DNA of 64,000 bases, taken from NCBI GenBank assembly GCA_045593845.1, contig JAZNXK010000011.1:97198-161197 (forward strand), given 5' to 3'. The position numbers and the translations under genes were made by a program. Shown piece by piece: positions 1 through 11,126 of this stretch. The stretch is from Alphaproteobacteria bacterium. GTDB taxonomy: Bacteria > Pseudomonadota > Alphaproteobacteria > RF32 > CAG-239. Each line of letters starts with the position of its first letter. The first letter of the stretch is position 1. The notes below the pieces were generated by a model that saw only the letters and a program-made list of their open reading frames with translations, made no database searches and was not told where the DNA came from.

Positions 1-230
1 ATATTTTGCCCGAAGTTAAAAAGGGTACAAACGGGGAGATAAATTTGGCGGACGCAACAGGCTTGGCAGCGCAAAGAGGTATGAAATTGACAGGTGTACT
101 TTGTGATGTTACGAGATTTGATTGCGGAACAAATGCCGATTTATCAAAGGCAAATTTGAGGCTCTCTTTGATGGAAAATCCTGATTTGAGGGCATATTGT
201 AAAGATTTATTGGATAATATGTTTGTTTAA
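1..230 (+). CDS. 3' end of a pentapeptide-repeat protein; the gene starts upstream of the window
   Basis: The open frame runs in from the window edge. Successive A(D/N)LxxA-like pentads are visible (NLADATGLAAQRGMKLTGV...NADLSKANLRLSL). A stop codon is followed by a terminator hairpin. Confidence 0.35.
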   Translation, partial: ILPEVKKGTNGEINLADATGLAAQRGMKLTGVLCDVTRFDCGTNADLSKANLRLSLMENPDLRAYCKDLLDNMFV

Positions 231-236
231 TAGAAA

Positions 237-264
237 AGACCGCCTTTCGGCGGTTTTTTTCTTG
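237..264 (+). terminator. rho-independent terminator (GACCGCC ttt GGCGGTT + T-run)
   Basis: A GC-rich inverted repeat followed by TTTTTTT lies directly after the stop codon. Confidence 0.55.
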
Positions 265-326
265 CTTGTTTGAAAATTTTGTGTTAGCTAAAGAAAAAAA
301 TATCTATTAACTAAATTATTTAATTT

Positions 327-749
327 ATGAAGACTAAAAAAATTAAAAAAATCATTTCCGGGTGTTATCAATCAACTCCGGAAGAACAGATTTCGATGAT
401 TGAAAGCCATAATGCCGAGAAGGTCTTGCGGGCACATCTTAAACATTGTGGTCTTTGCAAAGAGGCACAGTTCAAAATGTTGGATATGCCCAATGCTATC
501 AGTCTTTTGGGTATTTATACTCAAAGATACTGGCTTTCAAAAGATGTGGAGATGCGGATGTTGGAACATCCTAAATCAACTGAGTTGTTGAAGGTGTATT
601 CAAAGAATCGCCGCCTTTCTTTTGAGGCTCAAGTGCATATTTTGGATGTGCCTAACTCTTTAAAACTCAGAGAAATTTACGGCTCTCGCCGTAACTTTTG
701 CGAGAAATACTATGAAGCTCTCTATCAAAGAAATCACATAGAAAGCTAG
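327..749 (+). CDS. small tandem-repeat protein (3 x ~36 aa, motif hLDxPxxxxLLxxY); same repeat family as the 512-aa protein at 44055
   Basis: Internal repeats KMLDMPNAISLLGIYTQRY / RMLEHPKSTELLKVYSKNR / HILDVPNSLKLREIYGSRR read off the translation. A terminator follows at 765-795. Confidence 0.45.
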   Translation: MKTKKIKKIISGCYQSTPEEQISMIESHNAEKVLRAHLKHCGLCKEAQFKMLDMPNAISLLGIYTQRYWLSKDVEMRMLEHPKSTELLKVYSKNRRLSFEAQVHILDVPNSLKLREIYGSRRNFCEKYYEALYQRNHIES

Positions 750-885
750 CTATCAAGGTCACCTTAATGGTGGCCTTTTTTTTTGTTGAAATAAATGCTT
801 GCAATCTCAAAAAATTTGATGTAGAAAGCAGTTGTTTCCGGCACCCCTGGAGGCCGGAAGGTTTTAATTTATAAGGAATAGTAAA

Positions 886-1176
886 ATGGTAGATATTACT
901 TTTAATGCTGAAAAGCGCGAAAAAGCAGGTAAGGGGGCAGCTCGGGCGTGTCGTCGTGAAGGGCGTGTTCCTGCCATTATTTATGGCAACAAAAAAGAGC
1001 CTGTTATGATTAGTTTGCATCCGGTTGAGCTTGAAAAAGCTTTGGATATGGTTGGTTTTTATGATGCAGACATTGAAGTTGTTGTTGACGGCAAAGCTAT
1101 TAAAGTTTCTTGCCAAGACGTGCAATTTCATCCGGTTTCTGACAAGCCAATTCACGTTGACTTCTTAAGAAAATAG
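886..1176 (+). CDS. rplY: 50S ribosomal protein L25, short 96-aa N-domain-only form
   Basis: Sequence similarity to the L25 5S-rRNA-binding domain. The conserved rplY-pth-ychF neighbourhood is present. An RBS (AGGAA) sits upstream. Confidence 0.7.
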   Translation: MVDITFNAEKREKAGKGAARACRREGRVPAIIYGNKKEPVMISLHPVELEKALDMVGFYDADIEVVVDGKAIKVSCQDVQFHPVSDKPIHVDFLRK

Positions 1177-1264
1177 GATTTAGAGATTTTTTTCGGAGCG
1201 TCGACGGGAAGAAGTTTATTTCTAACCTGACGCTCCGAAGTTTATTTAAATCTGAGGTTTTGAG

Positions 1265-1828
1265 ATGTTCTTGATAGTCGGTTTGGGAAATCCAGGTGCA
1301 GAATATGTCGGTACTCGCCATAATGTGGGTTTTATGGTTGTTGATGCTTTGGCTGAAAAATATGGTTTTTCTTCTTGGCGTGAAAAATTTGACGGTTTGA
1401 TTGCAGAGGGAAAAATCGGAGAGCATAAAGTTTTTTTGTTAAAGCCACAAACGTTTATGAATTTATCGGGAAATTCCGTGGTTAAAGCCGCAACATTTTA
1501 TAAAATTTTGCCGCAAAACATTGTGGTTATTCATGATGATATGGATTTAGATATATCTAAAATAAAAGCAAAAACGGGTGGCGGAACCGGAGGCCATAAC
1601 GGATTGAAAAGTATTGATGCACATATTACCAATGCTTATCATAGGATTCGAATCGGGGTAGGACATCCGAAAAATGAGGATGCAATAAATTATGTGTTGT
1701 CCGGCTTTTCGAAAGAGGATAAGAAATATTTGGAAGCAAATATTGTTATAGTAGCTGACAATATAGAGATTTTGTTAAATGAAGGTATGCCGGCTTTTAG
1801 CAACAGAATCGGCATGCTTAAAGCTTGA
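1265..1828 (+). CDS. pth: peptidyl-tRNA hydrolase
   Basis: N-terminus [11 protein letters not shown]...RHNVGF is the Pth signature. Position after rplY is as expected. Confidence 0.9.
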   Translation: MFLIVGLGNPGAEYVGTRHNVGFMVVDALAEKYGFSSWREKFDGLIAEGKIGEHKVFLLKPQTFMNLSGNSVVKAATFYKILPQNIVVIHDDMDLDISKIKAKTGGGTGGHNGLKSIDAHITNAYHRIRIGVGHPKNEDAINYVLSGFSKEDKKYLEANIVIVADNIEILLNEGMPAFSNRIGMLKA

Positions 1829-1838
1829 GGAGTGAAAA

Positions 1839-2948
1839 ATGGGATTTAATTGCGGAATTGTAGGTTTGCCGAATGTTGGAAAATCAACATTGTTTAATGC
1901 TTTGACACAAACTATTGCGGCACAGGCGGCAAATTTTCCTTTTTGCACAATAGAGCCTAATACGGGAAGGGTAGCGGTTCCGGACAAGCGGCTCGATAAA
2001 CTGGTTGAGATGGTAAATCCTAAAAATGTTGTGCCGACACAGTTGGAATTTGTTGATATTGCCGGTCTTGTAAAAGGAGCTTCAAAAGGTGAAGGACTGG
2101 GCAATCAATTCTTGGCAAATATCAGGGAAGTTGATGCCATAATCCATGTTTTGCGCTGTTTTGAAGATGATAATATTACTCACGTTGAAGGTAGTGTTGA
2201 TCCGGTCAGAGATGCAGAAATTGTTGAAACAGAGTTAATGTTGGCTGATTTAGAATCGTTAGAAAAGAGATACGATCAAACAGCAAAAAAGGCCAAGGGA
2301 GGAGATAAAGAATCTATTGTGCGTTTGGCTGTTATGGAACCGATTATTGCCGCTTTGAAAACAGGAAGGCCGGCAAGAGCGGCAGCTCCGGATGCTTCAA
2401 ATAAAGATGCAATTAAAGAATATAAAATGTTGCAACTTTTGACTTCAAAACCGGTTTTGTATGTTTGTAATGTGGATGAAAATTCGGCGGCAAAAGGCAA
2501 TAAATTTTCAGATATGGTTATGGAGAAAGCCAAAAAAGAAAGTGCAAAAGCCGTTGTGATTTCTGCGGAAATAGAATCAGAAGTAGCACAACTTGATGAT
2601 AAAACGGAGCAACAGGAGTTTTTGGAAACTTTGGGGCTGGAAGAAACGGGTCTTACAAAGATTATAAAAGCAGGGTATGAGCTCTTGGGCTTGCAAACAT
2701 ATTTTACCGCCGGACCGAAAGAAGTTAGAGCTTGGACTTTTGTAAAAGGGTCTAAAGCGCCGCAGTGCGCAGGAATTATACACTCGGACTTTGAGCGCGG
2801 ATTTATTAGAGCAGAAACAATATCTTATGATGATTATGTTCGGTTGGGTGGGGAACAAGCCTGTAAGGAAGCCGGTAAAATGCGTTCCGAAGGTAAGGAT
2901 TATGTTGTACAAGACGGTGATTTATTGAATTTTTTGTTTAATGTATAA
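1839..2948 (+). CDS. ychF: ribosome-binding ATPase YchF (Obg-family GTPase)
   Basis: G1 motif GLPNVGKST, a TGS C-terminal domain, and position after pth. Confidence 0.9.
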   Translation: MGFNCGIVGLPNVGKSTLFNALTQTIAAQAANFPFCTIEPNTGRVAVPDKRLDKLVEMVNPKNVVPTQLEFVDIAGLVKGASKGEGLGNQFLANIREVDAIIHVLRCFEDDNITHVEGSVDPVRDAEIVETELMLADLESLEKRYDQTAKKAKGGDKESIVRLAVMEPIIAALKTGRPARAAAPDASNKDAIKEYKMLQLLTSKPVLYVCNVDENSAAKGNKFSDMVMEKAKKESAKAVVISAEIESEVAQLDDKTEQQEFLETLGLEETGLTKIIKAGYELLGLQTYFTAGPKEVRAWTFVKGSKAPQCAGIIHSDFERGFIRAETISYDDYVRLGGEQACKEAGKMRSEGKDYVVQDGDLLNFLFNV

Positions 2949-3003
2949 TTAAGAATTTTTTGTTACAATTCCTCCGAATCGGTCTTTTTAAGAGCCTCAC
3001 ATA

Positions 3004-3032
3004 TTGACAAATGTTTTGTCAAATGGTATGAT
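3004..3032 (+). promoter_or_regulatory. consensus sigma70 promoter (TTGACA-17-TATGAT) overlapped by the palindrome TTGACAAA-tgt-TTTGTCAA
   Basis: Read directly from the sequence. Perfect -35 at 3004-3009 and near-perfect -10 at 3027-3032. An 8-bp-arm inverted repeat spans the -35 element. Confidence 0.55.
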
Positions 3033-3068
3033 GTGTTTATAGAGCAATATTTTATGGAGGGTAGAACG

Positions 3069-3377
3069 ATGGCTGAAAAAGATATTAATGCACAAGAGGC
3101 TCCTGCGGCGGCTGTTGCAATTGATGGATATGAGGAAATAGCCAGAGGTGGCAGCAAGTTATGGGATAAAGTAAAGTATCACGTTATTAGAACTGGAGTT
3201 ATTTTAGGGGCGCTTGCCGCATCATACGGTATGAGTAAAGCTGATTTTCCTAATAATGAATATAAAATTGGCGCGACGGTTGCTCCAGTTTTGTTTGGTT
3301 TTGCAGTAGCCTCGTCTATTAAAAACGATAAAGATAATAATAAAACAGCTGATTTTACCAAATACGCAGGAAGATAA
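3069..3377 (+). CDS. hypothetical small protein with a hydrophobic central segment
   Basis: ORF with a GGAGGG RBS 6 nt upstream of the ATG at 3069. No recognisable domain. Confidence 0.4.
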   Translation: MAEKDINAQEAPAAAVAIDGYEEIARGGSKLWDKVKYHVIRTGVILGALAASYGMSKADFPNNEYKIGATVAPVLFGFAVASSIKNDKDNNKTADFTKYAGR

Positions 3378-3394
3378 TAGGGAGAACGATTTAA

Positions 3395-3808
3395 ATGTCA
3401 TTAGAAAATATTTTAGTTGATGAATTTAGAATTTTGCAAAAAGGTGATAAGTATGCCATTGCCTTGCAGATTGATGATGGTGCCACAGATGATGCTGATT
3501 TTATGTATGACGGCAGAAATTGCGCTATTCTTGTTCGTAATAAAACAAAGGCATATCTGCTTACAAATATATTACCCGGTTTACGTGAAGTTTTGGCAGA
3601 ACAAAATGATTTGATGATTTTTGAGGAGCGAGGTTCCGAAGTTGCCAATAAATATGAAGTTAAGGTAAGACACGTTAAAGAGATTCCATATCCTGATAAT
3701 TTTGAAAAAGATGCAGCAAAAATGATGGAAGATCTTAAAGTTGAACTGGGTGAAGAAAAGTATAATGAGTTGGTAAAAGCAATTGAAGAGGCTTATAATA
3801 AGAAATAG
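3395..3808 (+). CDS. hypothetical protein (137 aa, acidic/coiled C-terminus)
   Basis: ORF with an AGGGAGA RBS, followed by a bidirectional terminator at 3834-3866. Confidence 0.45.
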   Translation: MSLENILVDEFRILQKGDKYAIALQIDDGATDDADFMYDGRNCAILVRNKTKAYLLTNILPGLREVLAEQNDLMIFEERGSEVANKYEVKVRHVKEIPYPDNFEKDAAKMMEDLKVELGEEKYNELVKAIEEAYNKK

Positions 3809-3833
3809 TTTCTATCACTTCATAAAATGAAAA

Positions 3834-3866
3834 AAACTCCGCTATTTTGCGGAGTTTTTTTATTTT
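3834..3866. terminator. bidirectional terminator (AAAAAACTCCGC tatttt GCGGAGTTTTTTT)
   Basis: A perfect hairpin flanked by an A-run and a T-run, lying between a plus-strand CDS and the minus-strand tRNA. Confidence 0.6.
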
Positions 3867-3868
3867 AT

Positions 3869-3944
<76 letters not shown>

Positions 3945-4054
3945 AAAACAAAATTACCTTTATATTATTTGGTTGAAAAATGCAAGAATTTTGTTATCAT
4001 ATATTTAATATTTTTACTTTAACATAAGCAAATGTTATTGAGAAAGGACGAAAT

Positions 4055-4939
4055 ATGAGTGATAAAAAGCTTAATTTTAAGGTGGATTATTCAAAATTTG
4101 ACATTGTTACGGAGTATAATGTCAAAAATCAGCGTTATCCATTGGTTCTTTCCGTTCCTCATAGCGGCAGAATTTTTCCGCCAGAGTTTTTAGCAAATGT
4201 TTCGGTTGATGAAAATGAACTTCGTTCCAATGAAGATCCCTATGTTGATGAATTGATTATGGAAGCTTCCAATAATGGAATTCCCTTGCTTTCTTTGAAT
4301 ATTGCAAGGTCTTTTATTGATGTTAATCGTGACGTTTTGGAAATAGACTCGTCAATGTTTTATAATTATCCCGATAGCGATGTGGTTACAAACAATAAGA
4401 GGTGTCGCGCTGGTTTGGGATTGTTGCACAGAATTACCGCAGATAGAAAAAATATATATGATGGTCTTTTGGATTATAATGAAGCGCAAGCCAGAATTAA
4501 AAATGTGTATAATGTTTATCATAAATCTTTGCAAAAACTCATTGATAAAACACTGAAAAAATTTGGTTTTTGCTTGGTGCTTGATTGTCACTCCATGCCC
4601 TCAAAAATTTGTAATATTATGCAGGATAATCGCCAAATTGAGGTTTGTTTAGGGACATTATTTGAACAGAGTTGTTCCGCGGAGATTATTGAGTTTATGA
4701 CGCAAAGGTTGGAACAAAAATATAATGTGAGTTTGGATTGTCCGTATTCAGGTGCGTTTACAAGTTTTAACTATTGTCAGCCACGCAAAAGTGTTTTTAC
4801 CCTGCAAATGGAGATAAATCGCAAGCTTTATGAGGACGAGGCTGTGTATAAAAAAAGTGCAAATTTTCAATATGTTAGCACAGATATATGTGATGCGATA
4901 ACGGCTTTGGCCAATTTTTTGCTGGATTTTAAAAAATAA
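4055..4939 (+). CDS. N-formylglutamate amidohydrolase family protein
   Basis: Family-like motifs (LSVPHSGR...FIDVNRD...LDCHSMP). Confidence 0.5.
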   Translation: MSDKKLNFKVDYSKFDIVTEYNVKNQRYPLVLSVPHSGRIFPPEFLANVSVDENELRSNEDPYVDELIMEASNNGIPLLSLNIARSFIDVNRDVLEIDSSMFYNYPDSDVVTNNKRCRAGLGLLHRITADRKNIYDGLLDYNEAQARIKNVYNVYHKSLQKLIDKTLKKFGFCLVLDCHSMPSKICNIMQDNRQIEVCLGTLFEQSCSAEIIEFMTQRLEQKYNVSLDCPYSGAFTSFNYCQPRKSVFTLQMEINRKLYEDEAVYKKSANFQYVSTDICDAITALANFLLDFKK

Positions 4940-5121
4940 TTGTGTTATAGCTCTGCTGATTTTAATTTGAAAGTGCGGCAAGGTGCCGCATTGTTTGTGA
5001 AATGCCCCTAAAATTTTTTGGGTGCCGTTAAGCAAATTGAAACCGTAAAAGGGGGATTTTTGTGGCAGTTTTAGGGATACAGAGGGATACTTTATATTTT
5101 TTATAAGTATCGAAAAAATTT

Positions 5122-5784
5122 ATGTTATTTCTTATATTGCTGATGTTGTTTCAGCCTTTGCCGGCAGCGGCGCAAGATATTGCGATTGCCGATGAAGGGA
5201 TAGCATGCTTTGATGCAGCAATTAAAGCAGAACAAAAATATGGAATTAAAAAATATTTATTGGTTTCTATTTCAAAAGTAGAAACAGGCAGATGGAATGA
5301 AAAGCTACAACAAAAAACTGCTTGGCCATGGACGGTTAATGCCGGTGGCAGAGGCCGTTATTATAAGAGCAAAGAAGAGGCTATTGCTGCAGTAAAAGAT
5401 TTGCAAAACAGCGGTTATGAAAGTATTGATGTCGGTTGTATGCAGGTTAATTTGCATTTCCATGGTGATAAATTTGCAAATTTGGAAGATGCCTTTGATC
5501 CCGAAAAAAATGTTGATGTGGCTGCGAAGTTCTTGATGGGTAGATATAAACATCGTAAGGATTGGTTGCTTGCGGCAACAGACTATCATTCAAAACTTCC
5601 AAGCAGAGCAAAAACATATAAACAAAAACTGTTGGCTTCTTTCGGTGAAGCAAATGCTCATAAGAATTATTTCGAGGAAAAAGATGAGAGCGTTTTAGGC
5701 ATTAAGTATGCCGGAACTATGCTCTTTAATATGATTTCTTTAGCAAAAACGGTTGGAGAATTTGTAATTTCTCTAAAGGATTAA
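5122..5784 (+). CDS. secreted lytic transglycosylase (SLT/VirB1-IagB-like)
   Basis: A signal peptide, then KVETG...WPWTVNAGG...GCMQVN, which resembles the catalytic E-[ST]-G ... GLMQ[IV]N pattern. Confidence 0.55.
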   Translation: MLFLILLMLFQPLPAAAQDIAIADEGIACFDAAIKAEQKYGIKKYLLVSISKVETGRWNEKLQQKTAWPWTVNAGGRGRYYKSKEEAIAAVKDLQNSGYESIDVGCMQVNLHFHGDKFANLEDAFDPEKNVDVAAKFLMGRYKHRKDWLLAATDYHSKLPSRAKTYKQKLLASFGEANAHKNYFEEKDESVLGIKYAGTMLFNMISLAKTVGEFVISLKD

Positions 5785-5788
5785 AAAT

Positions 5789-6526
5789 ATGAAAATAAGT
5801 AAGTTTTCACGCGAATATTCTATATGCAGTTATGAATGTGATTGCAGAGGAATATTGCGAGTTGTTTCGTTGATGAACATGTTTCAAGATGTGGCTGATA
5901 CTCATGCGGAACTGTTGGGTGTGGGAATTGAACATTGTATAAAACATGGACTTGCTTGGTTTGGTTCTAATTATCATATAAAGATTTTTCGTATGCCGTC
6001 GTGGCATGAAAAAATTAAAATTGTAACTTGGCCTTCGCAAGAGAAAAAAATCGGAGCTGTCAGAGATTTTGAAGTTGTTGATGAAAACAACAAGATAATA
6101 ATAGTTGCTTCAAGCCAATGGATTTTGATAGATTTTGCGAAGAAGAGGCCTTTATCCTTAAGAGAAAATTTGCCTGATTATGAGGTAGTAGAAGAAAGGG
6201 CAATAGACACTGATTTTCCAAAAATAGGGTTGCCGGAAAATGCTTCTTTTTGCAAAAGTTTTGCTGTCAGATATGATGATATTGATGTTAACGGACACGT
6301 TAATAATTCTGTTTATCCTTTGTGGGCAACAGAAGCAGTGGATAAGGATTTTCGTTTGAATAACACTCCGGCGGAAATTGAAATTGCTTTTAAGAAAGAG
6401 ACGTTATTCGGTGATGTTGTGAAGGTTAGCACCCAAATAGATGAAAACATTACTTTACATGAAATGGTTTGCGGTGCTGATAATCATGAAATTGCTCGTT
6501 TGCGTATAATATGGAAAAGTGTTTAG
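5789..6526 (+). CDS. acyl-ACP thioesterase
   Basis: Length and N-terminal hot-dog-fold similarity to FatA/B-type thioesterases. Confidence 0.6.
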   Translation: MKISKFSREYSICSYECDCRGILRVVSLMNMFQDVADTHAELLGVGIEHCIKHGLAWFGSNYHIKIFRMPSWHEKIKIVTWPSQEKKIGAVRDFEVVDENNKIIIVASSQWILIDFAKKRPLSLRENLPDYEVVEERAIDTDFPKIGLPENASFCKSFAVRYDDIDVNGHVNNSVYPLWATEAVDKDFRLNNTPAEIEIAFKKETLFGDVVKVSTQIDENITLHEMVCGADNHEIARLRIIWKSV

Positions 6527-6850
6527 TTTAATATACTTTTTTAGTAATTCATAATTTTGTCTATAATGCAACGAATCGGAAATATAAATCTGACTCAATT
6601 AGAGTCAGAGCAAGGGTTTCTGTTTTTGTAAAAAAATGAAAAAATGTGTTTTTTTTGCTTGCATTATATTTTTGAATGTGTTACAAAGCGCTCACCTAGT
6701 TGGATTTCAGCGCATTTACGCTCTTCTGACGGTGATATAAAATATAGCGTAACATATTGATTTTTCAGTATTTTACATGACATTAATTTTTAGGCGGTAA
6801 GATTGCCCAAGGCGAATCGTGCCGTCCTAGTTATAGGAAAAGTATTTGAT

Positions 6851-7162
6851 ATGATGGATACACAAAATATAAGAATTCGTCTTCGCGCTTTTGACCATCG
6901 TTTGCTCGATTTATCTACAAAAGAAATTGTGCACACAGCCAAAAGAACGGGGGCAAACGTAAGGGGTCCGATACCTCTTCCGACAAGAATCGAGAAATTT
7001 ACGGTTAACCGTTCTCCGCACGTTGATAAAAAATCTCGTGAGCAGTTCGAAATCAGAACTCATAAGAGACTTCTTGATATTGTCAGTCCGACACCGCAAA
7101 CAGTTGATGCTTTGATGAAGCTAGATTTGGCCGCCGGTGTTAATGTTGAAATTAAGTTGTAA
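6851..7162 (+). CDS. rpsJ: 30S ribosomal protein S10
   Basis: [20 protein letters not shown] is the S10 N-terminus. It is the first gene of the r-protein cluster. Confidence 0.9.
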   Translation: MMDTQNIRIRLRAFDHRLLDLSTKEIVHTAKRTGANVRGPIPLPTRIEKFTVNRSPHVDKKSREQFEIRTHKRLLDIVSPTPQTVDALMKLDLAAGVNVEIKL

Positions 7163-7255
7163 TTGTTTGTTATAAATAATTACCCGTTATTAAATAAGCA
7201 ATGTTGGTCTTTTGGATATTTGGAAAGGTCAACCAATTGAAAAGGAAAAATAAAA

Positions 7256-7975
7256 ATGCGTACTGGTTTAATCGCAAAAAAATTGGGAATGTCCCGTATT
7301 TTTGAAGCTAATGGAACTCATGTGCCGGTTACTGTTTTGAGTGTTGAAAATTTGCAAGTTGTTGCAGTTAAAACACAAGAAAAAGACGGATATACCGCCG
7401 TTCAGCTCGGAACAGGTGCTGTTAAGGCAAAAAATGTTTCTAAGGCTTTGAAAGGACATTTTGCAAAGGCTAATATTGAGCCGAAAAAGAAATTGGGCGA
7501 GTTCAGAGTTTCTGAAGACTGCCTGCTTTCTGTTGGTGCTGAACTGTCTGTAGAACACTTTGTTTGCGGGCAATTTGTTGATGTTTGTGCAACATCTTTA
7601 GGTAAAGGTTTTGCAGGTCCTATGAAACGTCATAATTTTGCCGGCTTGGAAGCCAGCCACGGTGTTTCTATTTCTCACCGTTCTCATGGTTCTACAGGTC
7701 AGAGACAGGACCCGGGTAAAGTATTTAAGGGCAAGAAAATGGCCGGACATATGGGTTCTGAACGCGTTACCGTTCAAAATCTTAAAGTTGTTGCCATTGA
7801 TGCTGACAAAGGTTTGATTATGGTAAAAGGTGGTGTTCCCGGAAGTGAAAATTCTTGGGTTCGTATTACTGATGCCATTAAGAAAACAGCAAATGTCGAG
7901 CTTCCTTTGCCTGCAGGTTTGAAAAAAGTTGATGCACCTGTCGCAGTTAAAGCTGAAACAGCTGATAATGCATAG
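7256..7975 (+). CDS. rplC: 50S ribosomal protein L3 (with ~25-aa C-terminal extension)
   Basis: Near-identity to alphaproteobacterial L3 ([51 protein letters not shown]). Confidence 0.95.
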   Translation: MRTGLIAKKLGMSRIFEANGTHVPVTVLSVENLQVVAVKTQEKDGYTAVQLGTGAVKAKNVSKALKGHFAKANIEPKKKLGEFRVSEDCLLSVGAELSVEHFVCGQFVDVCATSLGKGFAGPMKRHNFAGLEASHGVSISHRSHGSTGQRQDPGKVFKGKKMAGHMGSERVTVQNLKVVAIDADKGLIMVKGGVPGSENSWVRITDAIKKTANVELPLPAGLKKVDAPVAVKAETADNA

Positions 7976-7989
7976 AATGAAGGAATAAA

Positions 7990-8613
7990 ATGATGAAACA
8001 GGACATCTTAAGTTTAGATAATAAAAATGTTGGTTCTATCGAACTTAACGAATCGATTTTCGGTTTGGAAGTCAGAGCTGATATTTTGCAACGGGTTGTA
8101 AGATGGCAATTGGCCAGAATGCAAGCCGGAACTCACAAAACTAAAGGGCGTTCCGAAGTTGCTTTGACACCTGCAAAACCTTTTAAGCAAAAAGGTTCGG
8201 GTAATGCACGTCAAGGTAGCCGTAAGGGTACTCAATTTAGAAAAGGTGGAATCGTGTTTGGTCCGGTTGTTCGTGACCACTCACATGACTTGACCAAGAA
8301 GTTTAGACGTTTAGGCTTGAAAATTGCTCTTTCTGCAAAAGCTAAAGACGGTAATTTGGTTGTTGTTGATGATATTAAATTGTCTTCACCGAAGACCAAA
8401 GATTTGCAAGATAAGTTGAATGTTTTGGGCTGGAATAATTGCTTGGTCGTTGATGGAAAAGAAGTTGATATTAACTTCGCATTGGCTTCTCGCAATATTG
8501 CCGGTATAGATGTTTTGCCGACAATCGGTGCCAATGTATATGACATCTTGAGAAGAGACAAACTGGTGTTGACTAAAGACGCTGTTAACTGCTTGGAGGA
8601 AAGACTGAAATGA
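7990..8613 (+). CDS. rplD: 50S ribosomal protein L4
   Basis: L4 family similarity and position. Confidence 0.9.
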   Translation: MMKQDILSLDNKNVGSIELNESIFGLEVRADILQRVVRWQLARMQAGTHKTKGRSEVALTPAKPFKQKGSGNARQGSRKGTQFRKGGIVFGPVVRDHSHDLTKKFRRLGLKIALSAKAKDGNLVVVDDIKLSSPKTKDLQDKLNVLGWNNCLVVDGKEVDINFALASRNIAGIDVLPTIGANVYDILRRDKLVLTKDAVNCLEERLK

Positions 8614-8927
8614 AAAAGAATGTTAAAACCAACAATGTAGTTGCATCTATGTATGATACATTGGTTAGTCCGGTAATCACTGAGAAATCAATGCTGTTGT
8701 CTGAAAACGGAAAAGTAGTTTTTAGAGTTCCGTTGGATGCCAGTAAGGAAGCTGTTAAGGCTGCCGTTGAAGCCATTTTTGGTGTCAAGGTCGTTAAAGT
8801 GAATACTATTCGTCAGTTTGGTAAGGTAAAAAGATTCAGAGGTCATACGGGTTGCCGTTCTGACTATAAGAAAGCTTTGGTTACTCTTGCCGAAGGTCAA
8901 AATATTGATGTTACAACAGGAATTTAA
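8610..8927 (+). CDS. rplW: 50S ribosomal protein L23 (possible downstream start at 8649)
   Basis: [13 protein letters not shown] motif. ATGA overlap with the rplD stop codon. Confidence 0.85.
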   Translation: MKKNVKTNNVVASMYDTLVSPVITEKSMLLSENGKVVFRVPLDASKEAVKAAVEAIFGVKVVKVNTIRQFGKVKRFRGHTGCRSDYKKALVTLAEGQNIDVTTGI

Positions 8928-8930
8928 AAA

Positions 8931-9764
8931 ATGGTGTTAAAAACATATAAGCCCACATCTCCCGGACTTCGTCAACTGGTTATTGTTGACAGAAGCGAGC
9001 TTTATAAAGGAGCTCCAGAGAAGTCTTTGACAATTGGTCTTACTAAGACCGGTGGGCGTGATAATTTTGGACATGTTACAAGTCGGAGAAAGGGCGGCGG
9101 ACATAAACGCAAGCTCAGAATTATCGACTTCAGACGTAATAAATTTGATATGGAAGCCACGGTTGAGAGAATCGAGTATGATCCTAACCGCTCATCTTTC
9201 ATTGCTTTGATCAGCTATGAAGATGGCGAAAAGGCTTATATTTTGGCTCCTCAAAGATTGAAGGCTGGTGATAAGGTTATTTCTGCACAAAAAGCTGATA
9301 TTAAACCCGGAAATGCTATGCCTTTGAAAAATATGCCGGTTGGTACAATTGTTCACAACGTTGAGTTGCGTTCAGGCAAAGGCGGACAATTGGTTCGTGC
9401 TGCAGGATGCTATGCTCAAGTTGTTGGTAAAGATGCCGGATATGCTCAATTGAAGTTAAGTTCGGGCGAATTGAGAATTGTTCGCGAAGAGTGCTTGGCT
9501 ACAGTTGGTGCAGTTTCCAATCCGGACAATCAAAACAGGTCTTTAGGTAAGGCTGGTCGCACACGTTGGTTGGGTTTGCGCCCTGTATCTCGTGGTGTGG
9601 CTATGAACCCGGTTGATCACCCGATGGGTGGTGGTGAAGGTCGCACGTCAGGCGGTCGTCATCCGACAACTCCGTGGGGTAACCCGACTAAAGGCGGAAG
9701 AACACGTTCTAACAAGAAGACAGATCGCTTTATTATGCGTTCGCGTCATGATAATAAGAAATAA
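8931..9764 (+). CDS. rplB: 50S ribosomal protein L2
   Basis: Strong identity to alphaproteobacterial L2 ([32 protein letters not shown]). Confidence 0.95.
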   Translation: MVLKTYKPTSPGLRQLVIVDRSELYKGAPEKSLTIGLTKTGGRDNFGHVTSRRKGGGHKRKLRIIDFRRNKFDMEATVERIEYDPNRSSFIALISYEDGEKAYILAPQRLKAGDKVISAQKADIKPGNAMPLKNMPVGTIVHNVELRSGKGGQLVRAAGCYAQVVGKDAGYAQLKLSSGELRIVREECLATVGAVSNPDNQNRSLGKAGRTRWLGLRPVSRGVAMNPVDHPMGGGEGRTSGGRHPTTPWGNPTKGGRTRSNKKTDRFIMRSRHDNKK

Positions 9765-9778
9765 AAGGAGATAAGCTA

Positions 9779-10057
9779 ATGACACGTTCAGTATGGAAAG
9801 GACCGTTTGTTGATGGATATCTTCTGAAGAAAGCAGACGCTGCCAGAAATTCTAGCCGTAATGAGGTTATAAAAATTTGGTCGCGCAGATCAACAATGTT
9901 GCCACAATTTGTTGGCTTGACATTTGGTGTTCACAATGGTCATAAGTTTATCCCGGTATTGGTTACTGAAGATATGGTAGGCCACAAATTCGGTGAATTT
10001 GCTCCTACTCGTACTTTTTACGGCCACGCCGCAGATAAGAAAGCAAATAGGAGTTAG
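9779..10057 (+). CDS. rpsS: 30S ribosomal protein S19
   Basis: [13 protein letters not shown]-terminus. Confidence 0.95.
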   Translation: MTRSVWKGPFVDGYLLKKADAARNSSRNEVIKIWSRRSTMLPQFVGLTFGVHNGHKFIPVLVTEDMVGHKFGEFAPTRTFYGHAADKKANRS

Positions 10058-10059
10058 TA

Positions 10060-10434
10060 ATGGGAAAATCTAAAGACGTTAGAAGCCTTGCTGCAAATCA
10101 AGCGAAAGCTGTTTGCTATGCATTGCGCACAAGCCCGCAAAAACTTAACCTTGTTGCTGCGACAATCCGTGGTTTAAATGTTGAAAAGGCTGTTGCTGAA
10201 CTCACTTTCTCAAAGAAGAGAATTGCAAAGTCGGTTTTGAAAGTTTTGCAATCTGCGATTGCAAATGCTGAAAACAATCATCAGTTAAACATTGATAAGC
10301 TTTATGTAAGCGAAGCTTATTGCGGAAAAAGTTTTGTAATGAAACGTATGCATGCGCGCGGTCGCGGAAGAGGAGCCAGGGTTTTGAAACCTTTCTCCAA
10401 TATTACAATCGTTGTAACCGAGCGTGGGGAGTAA
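10060..10434 (+). CDS. rplV: 50S ribosomal protein L22
   Basis: Family similarity and position. Confidence 0.95.
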   Translation: MGKSKDVRSLAANQAKAVCYALRTSPQKLNLVAATIRGLNVEKAVAELTFSKKRIAKSVLKVLQSAIANAENNHQLNIDKLYVSEAYCGKSFVMKRMHARGRGRGARVLKPFSNITIVVTERGE

Positions 10435-10438
10435 AGGT

Positions 10439-11107
10439 ATGGGACAGAAAGCAAATCCTACAAGTCTTCGTTTGGGAGTTAACCGCACTTGGGACTCTCG
10501 TTGGTATGCAGATGAGAATTATGCTCAATATTTGCATGAAGACGTTAAAATTAAAGAATTCTTGAAAGAGAAACTGGCTCAAGCCGGAATCAGCAAGATT
10601 GTGATTGAGCGTCCTGCCAAAAAAGCCAGAGTAACCATACATTCGGCAAGACCGGGTATTGTTATCGGCAAGAAAGGACAAGATATCGAAGCTTTGAGAA
10701 AAGAAATTCAGGCTTTGACATCTTCGGAAGTTCAATTGAATATTTTGGAAGTAAGAAAACCGGAGTTGGATGCACAGCTTGTTGCTGACAGTGTTGCTCA
10801 ACAATTGGAAAGACGTATTGCTTTCCGCAGAGCTATGAAACGCGTTATGCAATCAGCATTGCGTTTGGGCGCTGAAGGAATTAAAGTAAGCTGCAGCGGT
10901 CGTTTGGGAGGGGCAGAAATTGCCAGAACCGAACAGTATCGTGAAGGTCGTGTTCCTTTGCACACATTGCGCGCTGATATTGATTATGCAACTTCGACTG
11001 CTCACACAACTTATGGTGCTTGTGGCGTTAAAGTTTGGATTTATAAGGGCGAAATTATGGCTCATGATCCGATGGCTCAAGACAAGAAGTTGGCTAGTAA
11101 CAAGTAA
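10439..11107 (+). CDS. rpsC: 30S ribosomal protein S3 (start moved to the ATG at 10439, after an AAAGG RBS)
   Basis: [14 protein letters not shown] is the S3 N-terminus with a KH domain. The earlier in-frame start would overlap rplV. Confidence 0.95.
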   Translation: MGQKANPTSLRLGVNRTWDSRWYADENYAQYLHEDVKIKEFLKEKLAQAGISKIVIERPAKKARVTIHSARPGIVIGKKGQDIEALRKEIQALTSSEVQLNILEVRKPELDAQLVADSVAQQLERRIAFRRAMKRVMQSALRLGAEGIKVSCSGRLGGAEIARTEQYREGRVPLHTLRADIDYATSTAHTTYGACGVKVWIYKGEIMAHDPMAQDKKLASNK

Positions 11108-11126
11108 ACTTTGAGGTTATAAGAAA

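Noticed and set aside
400-591. ORF 400-591 overlapping the repeat-protein gene in another frame
   Set aside because: It is fully nested in the better-supported 327-749 frame, whose internal repeats are coherent. The overlapping frame is spurious.
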